Source: Nitrospiraceae bacterium (GTDB lineage: Bacteria; Nitrospirota; Nitrospiria; Nitrospirales; Nitrospiraceae). From it: DNA of 38,547 nucleotides. Under the pieces are notes generated by a model, which saw only the letters and a program-made list of their open reading frames with translations, had not been told where the DNA came from and ran no database searches. The stretch's first letter is position 1; the number at the start of each line of letters is the position of its first letter. The DNA lies in the NCBI GenBank assembly GCA_025934615.1, contig JAICXS010000001.1:1-38547 (forward strand), written 5' to 3'. The translations under genes were made by a program, and so were the position numbers. Positions 32,151-38,547 of the stretch are shown in pieces.

Positions 32151-32180
32151 ATCCTACCCATATCAAGTCGTTGCGTGCAA
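32151..32180 (-). promoter_or_regulatory. Candidate leftward promoter TTGCAC-18 nt-TAGGAT; the ATG lies 6 nt after the -10
   Basis: On the - strand, the -35 is at 32180-32175 and the -10 at 32156-32151. The palindrome CGTTGC-gt-GCAACA (32169-32182) overlaps the -35. Confidence 0.4.
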
Positions 32181-32214
32181 CATAAAAAATGTTACACGTT
32201 GTGCTTAAACGTTA

Positions 32215-32243
32215 TTGACAGCGCCCGGGAATCGTTGTATAGT
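32215..32243 (+). promoter_or_regulatory. Rightward early promoter TTGACA-17 nt-TATAGT; the ATG lies 6 nt after the -10 (leaderless geometry)
   Basis: TTGACA at 32215-32220, TATAGT at 32238-32243, ATG at 32250. There is no SD in between. Confidence 0.6.
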
Positions 32244-32249
32244 CCGCAC

Positions 32250-32444
32250 ATGAGAAAACAAAAACTAACAAAACACAACGTTCCACCTGGCATGGTGCGC
32301 ATTGCGGCGAATATCGACCACGAGGTCGTGGTGCTCATGGATCGCGAGAGTAAACGCAAGGGACAGTGCAGCCGCGCCGCCATCATCCGCATGGCCCTCG
32401 TCGATCGCTATCTGCATCAGCAGAAAACGGAGAAGGAGTCCTGA
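32250..32444 (+). CDS. Ribbon-helix-helix (CopG-like) regulator, Cro-like by position (64 aa)
   Basis: MVRIAANIDHEVVVLMDRESKRKGQCSRAAIIRMALVDRYL fits a strand-helix-helix pattern. It is the first gene of the rightward operon. Confidence 0.65.
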   Translation: MRKQKLTKHNVPPGMVRIAANIDHEVVVLMDRESKRKGQCSRAAIIRMALVDRYLHQQKTEKES

Positions 32445-32445
32445 C

Positions 32446-32643
32446 ATGAACGAACGCATGCTGAGTCGGCGGGAACTGGCGGAACGCCTCGGGGTGTCGA
32501 TGGATACGGTCGATCGGATGGTGGCGCGACGAGAACTGCGCGTGCATCGCGTCGGGAAAGCGCCACGATTTCTCTGGTCGGAAATCGTGCAGGACACGGC
32601 GGAGCAGCCAGTATCGATGGCCGCTGCCTTGAGGAGGGCCTGA
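32446..32643 (+). CDS. Excisionase/AlpA-type HTH_17 DNA-binding protein (65 aa)
   Basis: LSRRELAERLGVSMDTVDRMVARRELRVHRVGKAPRFLWSEI. SD GAAGGAG lies 7 nt upstream. Confidence 0.8.
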   Translation: MNERMLSRRELAERLGVSMDTVDRMVARRELRVHRVGKAPRFLWSEIVQDTAEQPVSMAAALRRA

Positions 32644-32831
32644 TGAGCGCAGAAATCATGAACGTGGCTACCTGGGAGGAAATCATCCGATTAGATCGCC
32701 GCGTGATCGAATTGGAGAGTCGGTTCCGCCATCGGCATGTGGCAAGTGGGATCGCCGGGAATGAGACGTGTCGGCACTGTGGATTGGATCTGCGCGACCC
32801 CATCCATAGCCGAATCGAGGAGGAGTCCTAA
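32643..32831 (+). CDS. Hypothetical protein (62 aa)
   Basis: Track ORF with a coupled start. Confidence 0.5.
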   Translation: MSAEIMNVATWEEIIRLDRRVIELESRFRHRHVASGIAGNETCRHCGLDLRDPIHSRIEEES

Positions 32832-33028
32832 TGCCGACCCTGTGTCATTGCTGCCTCTCACAACCCGTCAATGTCGTGTTGCTGCACCGCACCGTCGAGG
32901 TGCGGTTGTGTCGGCGGTGTTTCCTGATCGTGCATCCGATCCTCTGTCTGAGCTCGGACAGCGACCAGCGGGATCTGCGCTGGATGGAAGCGGCCTACAT
33001 AGGCAAATCGGCAGGGGTGAACCGATGA
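32831..33028 (+). CDS. Hypothetical Cys-rich protein (65 aa)
   Basis: CHCC...CRRC motifs. TAATG overlap. Confidence 0.5.
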   Translation: MPTLCHCCLSQPVNVVLLHRTVEVRLCRRCFLIVHPILCLSSDSDQRDLRWMEAAYIGKSAGVNR

Positions 33029-33195
33029 GTGATCGAAAGACCGTGTTGCTGCGAGCCTGTCTCGACATGTTGAGAAAGATAGAGGCCAATGGTTACGTGC
33101 TGTCTCCGTTTGAGACCACGGTGCACTATGACGGGGCGGACTGCGACGGAGCGTGCCTGATGGAGGATATCGCATCCGAGCTGGAGGACAGCTGA
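33025..33195 (+). CDS. Hypothetical protein (56 aa)
   Basis: ATGA overlap. Internal start within track ORF 32737..33195. Confidence 0.5.
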   Translation: MSDRKTVLLRACLDMLRKIEANGYVLSPFETTVHYDGADCDGACLMEDIASELEDS

Positions 33196-33353
33196 TGTCC
33201 ATCGCTGACCATGAGATTGATGACCCCTGCCGCGAGTGTGAGACGTGCGGGAACGCCTGCGACTGGACGTTGTGCCGGGCCTGTCGAGCGGACCTGATTG
33301 ATCAATGGGCGGACTGGACATATGACGAGGCGAGCGAAAGGAGGCGAGCATGA
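33195..33353 (+). CDS. Hypothetical Cys-rich protein (52 aa)
   Basis: CRECETCGNACDWTLCRAC. Overlapping stop/start. Confidence 0.5.
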   Translation: MSIADHEIDDPCRECETCGNACDWTLCRACRADLIDQWADWTYDEASERRRA

Positions 33354-33814
33354 CCGAGACAGTGAGCTATGACCAACATGAGGAATTTTTGGTCCATCAG
33401 ATCTTGATGGCTACGGCGGAGCTGACGGGGTTCTCGGCGGCGAGGAGGTGGGCGAATCCTCCCAACCGGTACGACTCCCCGCAGATGCAGGCGCGGTATA
33501 TGCGTGGATTTAATGACGGGCAGGTCAAGCTCATGCAAGAGACTGAGCATACGCGCGCCATGAACGCTAATCATCAGGGTAATGAGAAAAAACTCGCTCT
33601 CAAATGTATTTGGAGACGGTATTTGCAGCTCTGTGCGGAGGGCGACGAGCTCTGGGGGGAGAGCATCAAGCTCTGGGCGGAGGGCGAAAAACTCTGGAGG
33701 GAGAGCGTGATGGCCGCCTATGGCAATGTGACGATGGAATGGAAATCCGCCACGCACTGCATTGTGGATCACACGGATGAATATCGGGCGACAGCAGAGG
33801 GACACACCGAATAG
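33350..33814 (+). CDS. Hypothetical protein (154 aa)
   Basis: Track ORF. Internal LWGESIKLWAEGEKLWRES mini-repeat. Confidence 0.6.
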   Translation: MTETVSYDQHEEFLVHQILMATAELTGFSAARRWANPPNRYDSPQMQARYMRGFNDGQVKLMQETEHTRAMNANHQGNEKKLALKCIWRRYLQLCAEGDELWGESIKLWAEGEKLWRESVMAAYGNVTMEWKSATHCIVDHTDEYRATAEGHTE

Positions 33815-33817
33815 CGA

Positions 33818-34027
33818 GTGGAGAACGACATGAGACTGAACGCGAAGGTGGTGGATATTGTCAGATTGCAACAGGAGCGGCGGCTGCGCATCGAGCAGGC
33901 CGAGCGCGAGTTAGCGGCCAAGACGGAGCGCGTCCATGCTGCCGACATTCTGTTCTGGTGGATGATTGCCGGGTGCCTGGCGACGGCGGCGGTGATCGTG
34001 GTGGGCGTGGAACAGGGGTGGTGGTGA
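33818..34027 (+). CDS. Hypothetical protein with C-terminal TM segment (69 aa; ATG 33830 possible)
   Basis: FWWMIAGCLATAAVIVVGV. Confidence 0.55.
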   Translation: MENDMRLNAKVVDIVRLQQERRLRIEQAERELAAKTERVHAADILFWWMIAGCLATAAVIVVGVEQGWW

Positions 34028-34028
34028 G

Positions 34029-34235
34029 ATGAGGTATTTCAAGTATTACGCTGACGATACCTTGCGCCCCCTCAATATACACGGCTCCGGCTATCTCGTG
34101 GACCGGAAGCCGCTGGTGTTCAGCTTTGAGAAAAATCGTCCGAAGCGGAAGAGCCGACGGGTGATGGCGAGTATTCGGATGGGGAAGGCGTTTGTGAAGC
34201 GGTTAACCAAGGAGGGAAGCATATGGAAGCTGTAG
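34029..34235 (+). CDS. Hypothetical basic protein (68 aa)
   Basis: Track ORF. Confidence 0.5.
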   Translation: MRYFKYYADDTLRPLNIHGSGYLVDRKPLVFSFEKNRPKRKSRRVMASIRMGKAFVKRLTKEGSIWKL

Positions 34236-34852
34236 CGATCAGTCCGAGAGTAGACAACACGGCCATAACATTTTCGCAGGCCACTGCCTTGGCGGTGAAA
34301 AGCATCTCGGAACGGCAATTGGCGGCGGATTTGTGGGACGCCATTCGGGCATTCCGCAAGCAGTCCGAGGCCGAGAAAGAGGCGACCTGTCGTCCGCTCA
34401 AGCAGGACTGGGAAGATGCCAAGAAGCCATTTGATGAATTCATCAAAGAGTGCCAGGGCCATGAATCGGCGCTCCAGCGTAAAATGAGCGAGTGGGACCG
34501 GGAGCAAGAGCGGATCGCCCGAGAGGAGCAGGCCAAGATCCAACAGCGGATCGATGCGCAGAACGCGAAGCGCATCGAGAAGGCGGAGGCCAAGGGGATT
34601 GAGCCGATCTTGAAAGTCGCGCCGGTGGTGCAGGCACCAGCCAAGCGGATTGAGACGCAAGCGGGTACGACGCAGACCCGTGCTGTCAAAAAAGTCTACA
34701 CGCCGACGAATCTCGCCACGCTCATGCGCGACTTCCCGCAGCTGTTTGATCTCAGCATGTCGCGGTTCAACGCGCTCGCCAAGACGGGCATGTTGGACGG
34801 TCGCGCAGATGTGGCAATCACCGAAGAATATGTGTATTCGCAGAGGGCCTGA
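34223..34852 (+). CDS. Coiled-coil protein of the recombination module (Gp157/Gam-like by context only)
   Basis: 209 aa. SD AAGGAGGG upstream. Central charged coiled coil. It precedes the nuclease. Confidence 0.45.
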   Translation: MEAVAISPRVDNTAITFSQATALAVKSISERQLAADLWDAIRAFRKQSEAEKEATCRPLKQDWEDAKKPFDEFIKECQGHESALQRKMSEWDREQERIAREEQAKIQQRIDAQNAKRIEKAEAKGIEPILKVAPVVQAPAKRIETQAGTTQTRAVKKVYTPTNLATLMRDFPQLFDLSMSRFNALAKTGMLDGRADVAITEEYVYSQRA

Positions 34853-35400
34853 TGCAACGATATCCACGAGTCAGCACCATTCTACGCATCCTCGATGATG
34901 CCTACGCGGGTGTCCCAGAGGGGGCGCTCGCGCAGGCGGCGGCACGCGGCGAGCGGCTACATCGGCTCTGTCTCTCGTATCTGGCCTCGCTGGATGGGAT
35001 GTGTGAGCAGCCGACCGAGATCCGGGCGGAGGATGCGGCGGCCTATTGCTCGTTCCGGGAATGGGTCGAGATGGGCCACATCAAGCCAATCGCCATTGAG
35101 GAGTCCTCTGCCTCGACCATGCATCAATATCAGGGGACGCCGGATGCGCTGGTCTTGTGGGGGCCTCAGGAGATTCCAACTCTCATCGATCTCAAATTTA
35201 CGGCCTCGATTCTGCGCCTCAATCGGGTGCAGGTGCAGGCCTACCACAAGCTGGATCTGTACGCCGACGCCAAGCAGATGATGCTGGTTCACATTCATCC
35301 CAGCGACGGCAAATTGAAGCAAGAATTCATCAAACACGACGCCAGGGATTGGGCGGCGTTTCTGAATGCCCTCTCTATCTGGCGATGGAGGCACGCATGA
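34852..35400 (+). CDS. PD-(D/E)xK nuclease (Cas4/RecB-like exonuclease)
   Basis: GTPDALV...TLIDLKFT (D...D-x-K) followed by QVQAYHKL (QxxxY). Confidence 0.75.
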   Translation: MQRYPRVSTILRILDDAYAGVPEGALAQAAARGERLHRLCLSYLASLDGMCEQPTEIRAEDAAAYCSFREWVEMGHIKPIAIEESSASTMHQYQGTPDALVLWGPQEIPTLIDLKFTASILRLNRVQVQAYHKLDLYADAKQMMLVHIHPSDGKLKQEFIKHDARDWAAFLNALSIWRWRHA

Positions 35401-36473
35401 GCACGGACCTCGCGCAGAGTGAAAATAGTCAAGTCGTAATGCCGGTCACGACCCATGAATTACTCAACCGAGTGGAGCGGATTCGAGAGGTGCAGATCAA
35501 AGTGATGAAAGAGGGGGTCGATTTCGGCACCATCCAAGGATGCGGAGATAAGCCCACCCTCCTCAAGCCTGGAGCGGAAACATTATTACTCGCCTTTCAA
35601 ATGGCAGCCGTCCCCGATCAACTCACGATTCAGGATCTGGGCCATGACGATGAAGTCCGGTATCGCGTTGTCACGCCGATCATTCATATTCCCACCGGGC
35701 GCGTCTGTGGGCATGGCGTCGGGGAATGTTCCTCGCTGGAGGAAAAATACAAATGGCGGAAAGCGGTCTGCCAGGAAGAATGGGACGAGACCGATCCCGA
35801 CCGACGACGGGTGAAATGGGCGAAGTCGAGAGACGGTGCCTATACGGTCCACCAAGTCCGCACCAATAAGGCAGATGTCGCGAACACCGTCCTCAAGATG
35901 GGGAAAAAGCGCAGTCTCGTCGATGGCGCGCTGACGGTCACGGCGGCGTCACGGATCTTTACTCAGGATGTGGAGGATATGCCGGAAGAGCTGAGAGACG
36001 GCACCCCTGCACACAAGTCTGCGCCATCCGCTGCTCCGACGGAACCCTGTGCGCCCAACTATGGCCGCTATGCCAAGCAGCCCTTGTCGGCGATCCCCAC
36101 TGATGGCCTGCATGATTATCTGCACGGGATGAACCGGTCTATTGATGATCCCAAAAAGGCGAATTTCAAGGCGAAGAATCTCGCCATGCGAGAGGCGATT
36201 CAAGCAGAGTTGGATAAGCGAGAATCCAGTCAAGGCCCTGAGCGGGACGACCCTGCGCAGGGAGCGCGCCCGGGCGAGGCGTCCACCTCATCCTCGCCGA
36301 CGATGACGGCGGCGAATGTCTGCCAGCAGTTGGCCCTCTGCGAGACCAAGGAGGAATTTGCGGGGGTGATGAATATGTGGATGGCTGAGAAATCCGTGCA
36401 TTCCGACGAGGACGGTCGGGCCGTGGAGAAAGCGAAAGAGGCGACGAAGAAACGCCTCGGGCTGCGCGCATGA
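35397..36473 (+). CDS. Putative single-strand annealing or ssDNA-binding recombination protein (family unresolved)
   Basis: 358 aa. KPTLLKPGAETLLLAF and NTVLKMGKKRSLVDGALTVTAASRIFTQDVED recall phage recombinase-associated families. It lies between the nuclease and rusA. Confidence 0.45.
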   Translation: MSTDLAQSENSQVVMPVTTHELLNRVERIREVQIKVMKEGVDFGTIQGCGDKPTLLKPGAETLLLAFQMAAVPDQLTIQDLGHDDEVRYRVVTPIIHIPTGRVCGHGVGECSSLEEKYKWRKAVCQEEWDETDPDRRRVKWAKSRDGAYTVHQVRTNKADVANTVLKMGKKRSLVDGALTVTAASRIFTQDVEDMPEELRDGTPAHKSAPSAAPTEPCAPNYGRYAKQPLSAIPTDGLHDYLHGMNRSIDDPKKANFKAKNLAMREAIQAELDKRESSQGPERDDPAQGARPGEASTSSSPTMTAANVCQQLALCETKEEFAGVMNMWMAEKSVHSDEDGRAVEKAKEATKKRLGLRA

Positions 36474-36712
36474 TGACCCTGACGGCCAGTCTGACCGAGC
36501 GACAGACGGAGAGGCCCTCCACTCCCGAGCGCCCCTCGCCCCAGCAGACGATGCTGGCCTGGAAACTGTTCCTCTTCCTCGCCACCCATGAGGTTGATGA
36601 GTACGTGAGTCCCAAAGGGTATCGATTCAAAAAAATCGCGCGGTGCGCCGGGTGTGAGACCGGCCATCCGCGCAGCTCACTCACGCGCCCAACAAAGGAG
36701 CCATATGGGTGA
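36470..36712 (+). CDS. Hypothetical protein (80 aa)
   Basis: ATGA overlap. Low-complexity N-terminus. Confidence 0.4.
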   Translation: MMTLTASLTERQTERPSTPERPSPQQTMLAWKLFLFLATHEVDEYVSPKGYRFKKIARCAGCETGHPRSSLTRPTKEPYG

Positions 36713-37124
36713 CCGTGACCGGAGACGAAATACATTGACCTTCGTGGTCATGGGTCGACCGATTGGGAAACCCCGCATGACGCGGCGGGATACCTGGATG
36801 CAACGGCCCTGCGTCGTGCGGTATCGCGCCTGGTGTGATGTGATCAGACAGCAGGCGGGACTGACGCAGAAAGTGACGTTTGTCAGGCCGCATGCCCTGC
36901 GGCTGGTGGCCTATTTCGAGATTCCGAAATCCTGGCCCAAACGCCTCCGGGAGCAGGCTCTAGGGACTCCGCATGCGCAGACGCCAGACATCGATAACAT
37001 CGGCAAAGGCGTGATGGATGCCATTCTCGACACGGATCAGAATATTTACAGTGTGCACGCCCAAAAATATTGGGATGACGGACGCGGACCACGCATTGAA
37101 GTGAGCCTGGAGGAATGCGCATGA
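36705..37124 (+). CDS. rusA: RusA-family Holliday junction resolvase
   Basis: 139 aa. GKPRMTRRD..., TPDIDNIGKGVMDAILD, ...HAQKYW fit the RusA pattern. SD AAAGGAG upstream. Confidence 0.9.
   Translation: MGDRDRRRNTLTFVVMGRPIGKPRMTRRDTWMQRPCVVRYRAWCDVIRQQAGLTQKVTFVRPHALRLVAYFEIPKSWPKRLREQALGTPHAQTPDIDNIGKGVMDAILDTDQNIYSVHAQKYWDDGRGPRIEVSLEECA
37026..37124 (+). repeat. rusA 3-prime end, partner of the diverged direct repeat at 53-151 (= 38459-38547 plus wrap-around)
   Basis: About 8 mismatches in about 99 nt by hand alignment. Confidence 0.85.
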
Positions 37125-37297
37125 CCGCTCGGCCTACTCCGGAGGATCGACGGGCACTAGAACTGCTGCTCAAGCGGGAAGATATGTCGGAGTGGAATGC
37201 GGGATTTTTGGAATCCCTGGTGGAGTGGCGTGGGTCCTGGACGGTCAAACAACTGAAGCACTTCGACAGGCTGTGCCTCGATTATTTTGGGGAGTGA
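37115..37297 (+). CDS. Hypothetical protein (60 aa; ATG 37121 also possible)
   Basis: It starts in the same ATGCGCATGA context as ORF 142..342. Confidence 0.5.
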   Translation: MRMTARPTPEDRRALELLLKREDMSEWNAGFLESLVEWRGSWTVKQLKHFDRLCLDYFGE

Positions 37298-37305
37298 ACA
37301 ATCCA

Positions 37306-37569
37306 ATGAAGAATAAACTCATCGATCTCAACAATCACCTCTTTGAGCAGTTGGAACGGTTGGGCGACGAAGGATTGACCGTTGAACAAATCGCCAACGA
37401 AGTCACCCGCACCGATGCCATCGTGAAAGTGAGTGAGCAGATCATTAGCAATGCCAACCTCGGGTTGCGAGTCGCGGCGCTCGTCGCGGAACACAGCGGC
37501 AAAGGCGCTTTCGAGCACCTGCTGCCGATGATTACGGCACCCATCAAGGAGAGTGGGGTGCCCAAGTAA
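37306..37569 (+). CDS. Hypothetical protein (87 aa)
   Basis: Internal ATG of track ORF 37192..37569. Sequence MKNKLIDLNNHLFEQLERLGDEGL.... Confidence 0.55.
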   Translation: MKNKLIDLNNHLFEQLERLGDEGLTVEQIANEVTRTDAIVKVSEQIISNANLGLRVAALVAEHSGKGAFEHLLPMITAPIKESGVPK

Positions 37570-37796
37570 TGGATGTCCAAGACATCTTGGATGCGATTGT
37601 GCGGGAAGCCGAGGAAATTGACCGGATCAGGCAGAAGATAAAGCTTCGATCCCTGATCTATCAGGCGGACCGGAAAGATGCGGTCGCCAAGCAGCTAGGC
37701 CTCGACCCGCAATCTCTTTACGACCTCCCGTATGAGCAATGGGCCGAGATCGATCAACGGGCCAGAGGTGCAGATCAAGGGGGATCGAAGGCATGA
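37569..37796 (+). CDS. Hypothetical protein (75 aa)
   Basis: TAATG overlap. Confidence 0.55.
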   Translation: MDVQDILDAIVREAEEIDRIRQKIKLRSLIYQADRKDAVAKQLGLDPQSLYDLPYEQWAEIDQRARGADQGGSKA

Positions 37797-38443
37797 AAGG
37801 CAGAGCTATCCACTACTCACCAAAGGAGCTATCCTGGATCAAGAGCCATGGCACCATGCCACGCCGCGAGGCCTATGCGCTGTTCTGCCGAACATTCCGC
37901 CGTGACGATGTGGCATTGGATAATTTCAAGGCGCTCTGCGTGAGAAACGGATGGACCACGGGCCGCACCGGGTGCTTTCCCAAAGGCGGCACAGCGCCCA
38001 ATAAGGGCAAGACGATGCCCCGCAACGCCAACAGCGCCAAGACTCAATTCAAGCAACGCAGACTCCCGCACAACACCAAGTATCTCGGTCATGAGCGCAT
38101 CAACGACGGATACGTAGAACTCAGCATCGCCGAACCCAACCCGCATACTGGCTACTGGCGACGCTACGTGCTGAAACACAGACATCTCTGGGCACAGCAG
38201 TATGGGCCCGTCCCAGCCGGCCACGTCCTGAAAAGCATCGATGGGAATCGCCTCAATACCGACCCGTCGAACTGGATCATGATCCCGCGCGGCTTGCTGC
38301 CATTCTTGAACGGCCACCGTGGACCGAACTATGACCAAGCCGCGCCGGAGGTCAAATCCGCCATCATGACGCTGGCGAAGCTGAAGCGTGCATATTTTTC
38401 CAAAATCAAGGCGATGGAGGACGCAGTAAAGGATCGAAGATAA
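37793..38443 (+). CDS. HNH endonuclease of the lambdoid-phage type (216 aa)
   Basis: YSPKELSWIKSH...TGCFPKGGTAPNKG...TQFKQRRLPHN...DGYVELSIAEP...KHRHLWAQQYGPVPAGHVLKSIDGNRLNTDPSNWIMIPRG matches the phage HNH family pattern recalled from lambdoid phages. Confidence 0.8.
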   Translation: MKGRAIHYSPKELSWIKSHGTMPRREAYALFCRTFRRDDVALDNFKALCVRNGWTTGRTGCFPKGGTAPNKGKTMPRNANSAKTQFKQRRLPHNTKYLGHERINDGYVELSIAEPNPHTGYWRRYVLKHRHLWAQQYGPVPAGHVLKSIDGNRLNTDPSNWIMIPRGLLPFLNGHRGPNYDQAAPEVKSAIMTLAKLKRAYFSKIKAMEDAVKDRR

Positions 38444-38547
38444 CGATGGCAAAACTACCTCGACACGGATCAGAACATTTACAGTTTACACGCTCAGAAA
38501 TATTGGGATGACGGACGCGGACCAAGAATTGAAGTGAGCTTGGAGGA
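38407..38547. repeat. Second copy of the 141-bp terminal overlap
   Basis: Identical to 1-141. Confidence 0.95.

Noticed and set aside
38200-38290. A possible inactive HNH, because the residue before IDGN is Ser/Lys rather than His.
   Set aside because: In the lambdoid-phage HNH family as I recall it, this position is not His (pattern ...GH.V.F.DGD..N....NL...). The conserved His lies upstream (KHRHLW here). There is therefore no evidence of inactivation from sequence alone.
1-38547. CRISPR arrays, rRNA genes, transposases/IS elements, and retron or reverse-transcriptase systems.
   Set aside because: No regularly spaced short repeats with unique spacers were seen. None of the ORF translations shows RT, DDE or Cas-like motifs. 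The only tandem array (11402-11830) is an in-frame protein repeat.

Overview
The window is a complete, circularly closed temperate phage genome. Bases 1-141 are identical to 38407-38547, so the unique length is 38,406 bp. Almost all genes are on the + strand and tightly coupled, with many ATGA or TAATG stop/start overlaps. Only the integration/immunity block (about 29.8-32.15 kb) is on the - strand.

Gene order:
- Early, replication and recombination: small HTH, orphan DNA methyltransferase, DUF1376/DnaD-like replication protein, small accessory genes.
- P22-like packaging and head: TerS, TerL, portal, a 3.2-kb non-canonical insert, scaffold, P22-type coat, gp4-like adaptor, gp10-like hub.
- Ejection-protein-like large proteins, then three tail-collar fibre paralogs.
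- Three proteins with hydrophobic N-terminal leaders, including a beta-helix depolymerase-like protein.
- Lysis cassette: GH24 endolysin, TM/coiled-coil protein, holin-like protein, lipoprotein.
- Candidate attP carrying the 5-prime half of a tRNA-Arg-like sequence, then a tyrosine integrase.
- A divergent switch built from two ribbon-helix-helix regulators, an Xis-like HTH and small Cys-rich early proteins.
- Recombination module (PD-(D/E)xK nuclease, putative annealing protein, RusA) and an HNH endonuclease.

No rRNA, intact tRNA, CRISPR array, reverse transcriptase or transposase was seen.

Most interesting points:
1. A promoter/operator, small acidic protein and small HTH operon arranged like acr-aca anti-defence loci.
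2. Three promoters placed so that the ATG is the predicted transcription start.
3. A cassette of three proteins sharing a leader ending in P-x-W-A, one of them a depolymerase-like beta-helix.
4. An insert of exported FN3 and LamG/tandem-repeat proteins between portal and scaffold.
5. Duplication scars (rusA 3-prime end, terL 5-prime end) flanking small inserted gene modules.
6. A C13 homopolymer upstream of the integrase operon.

All functional calls rest on motifs read by eye and family knowledge from memory. No searches were run.
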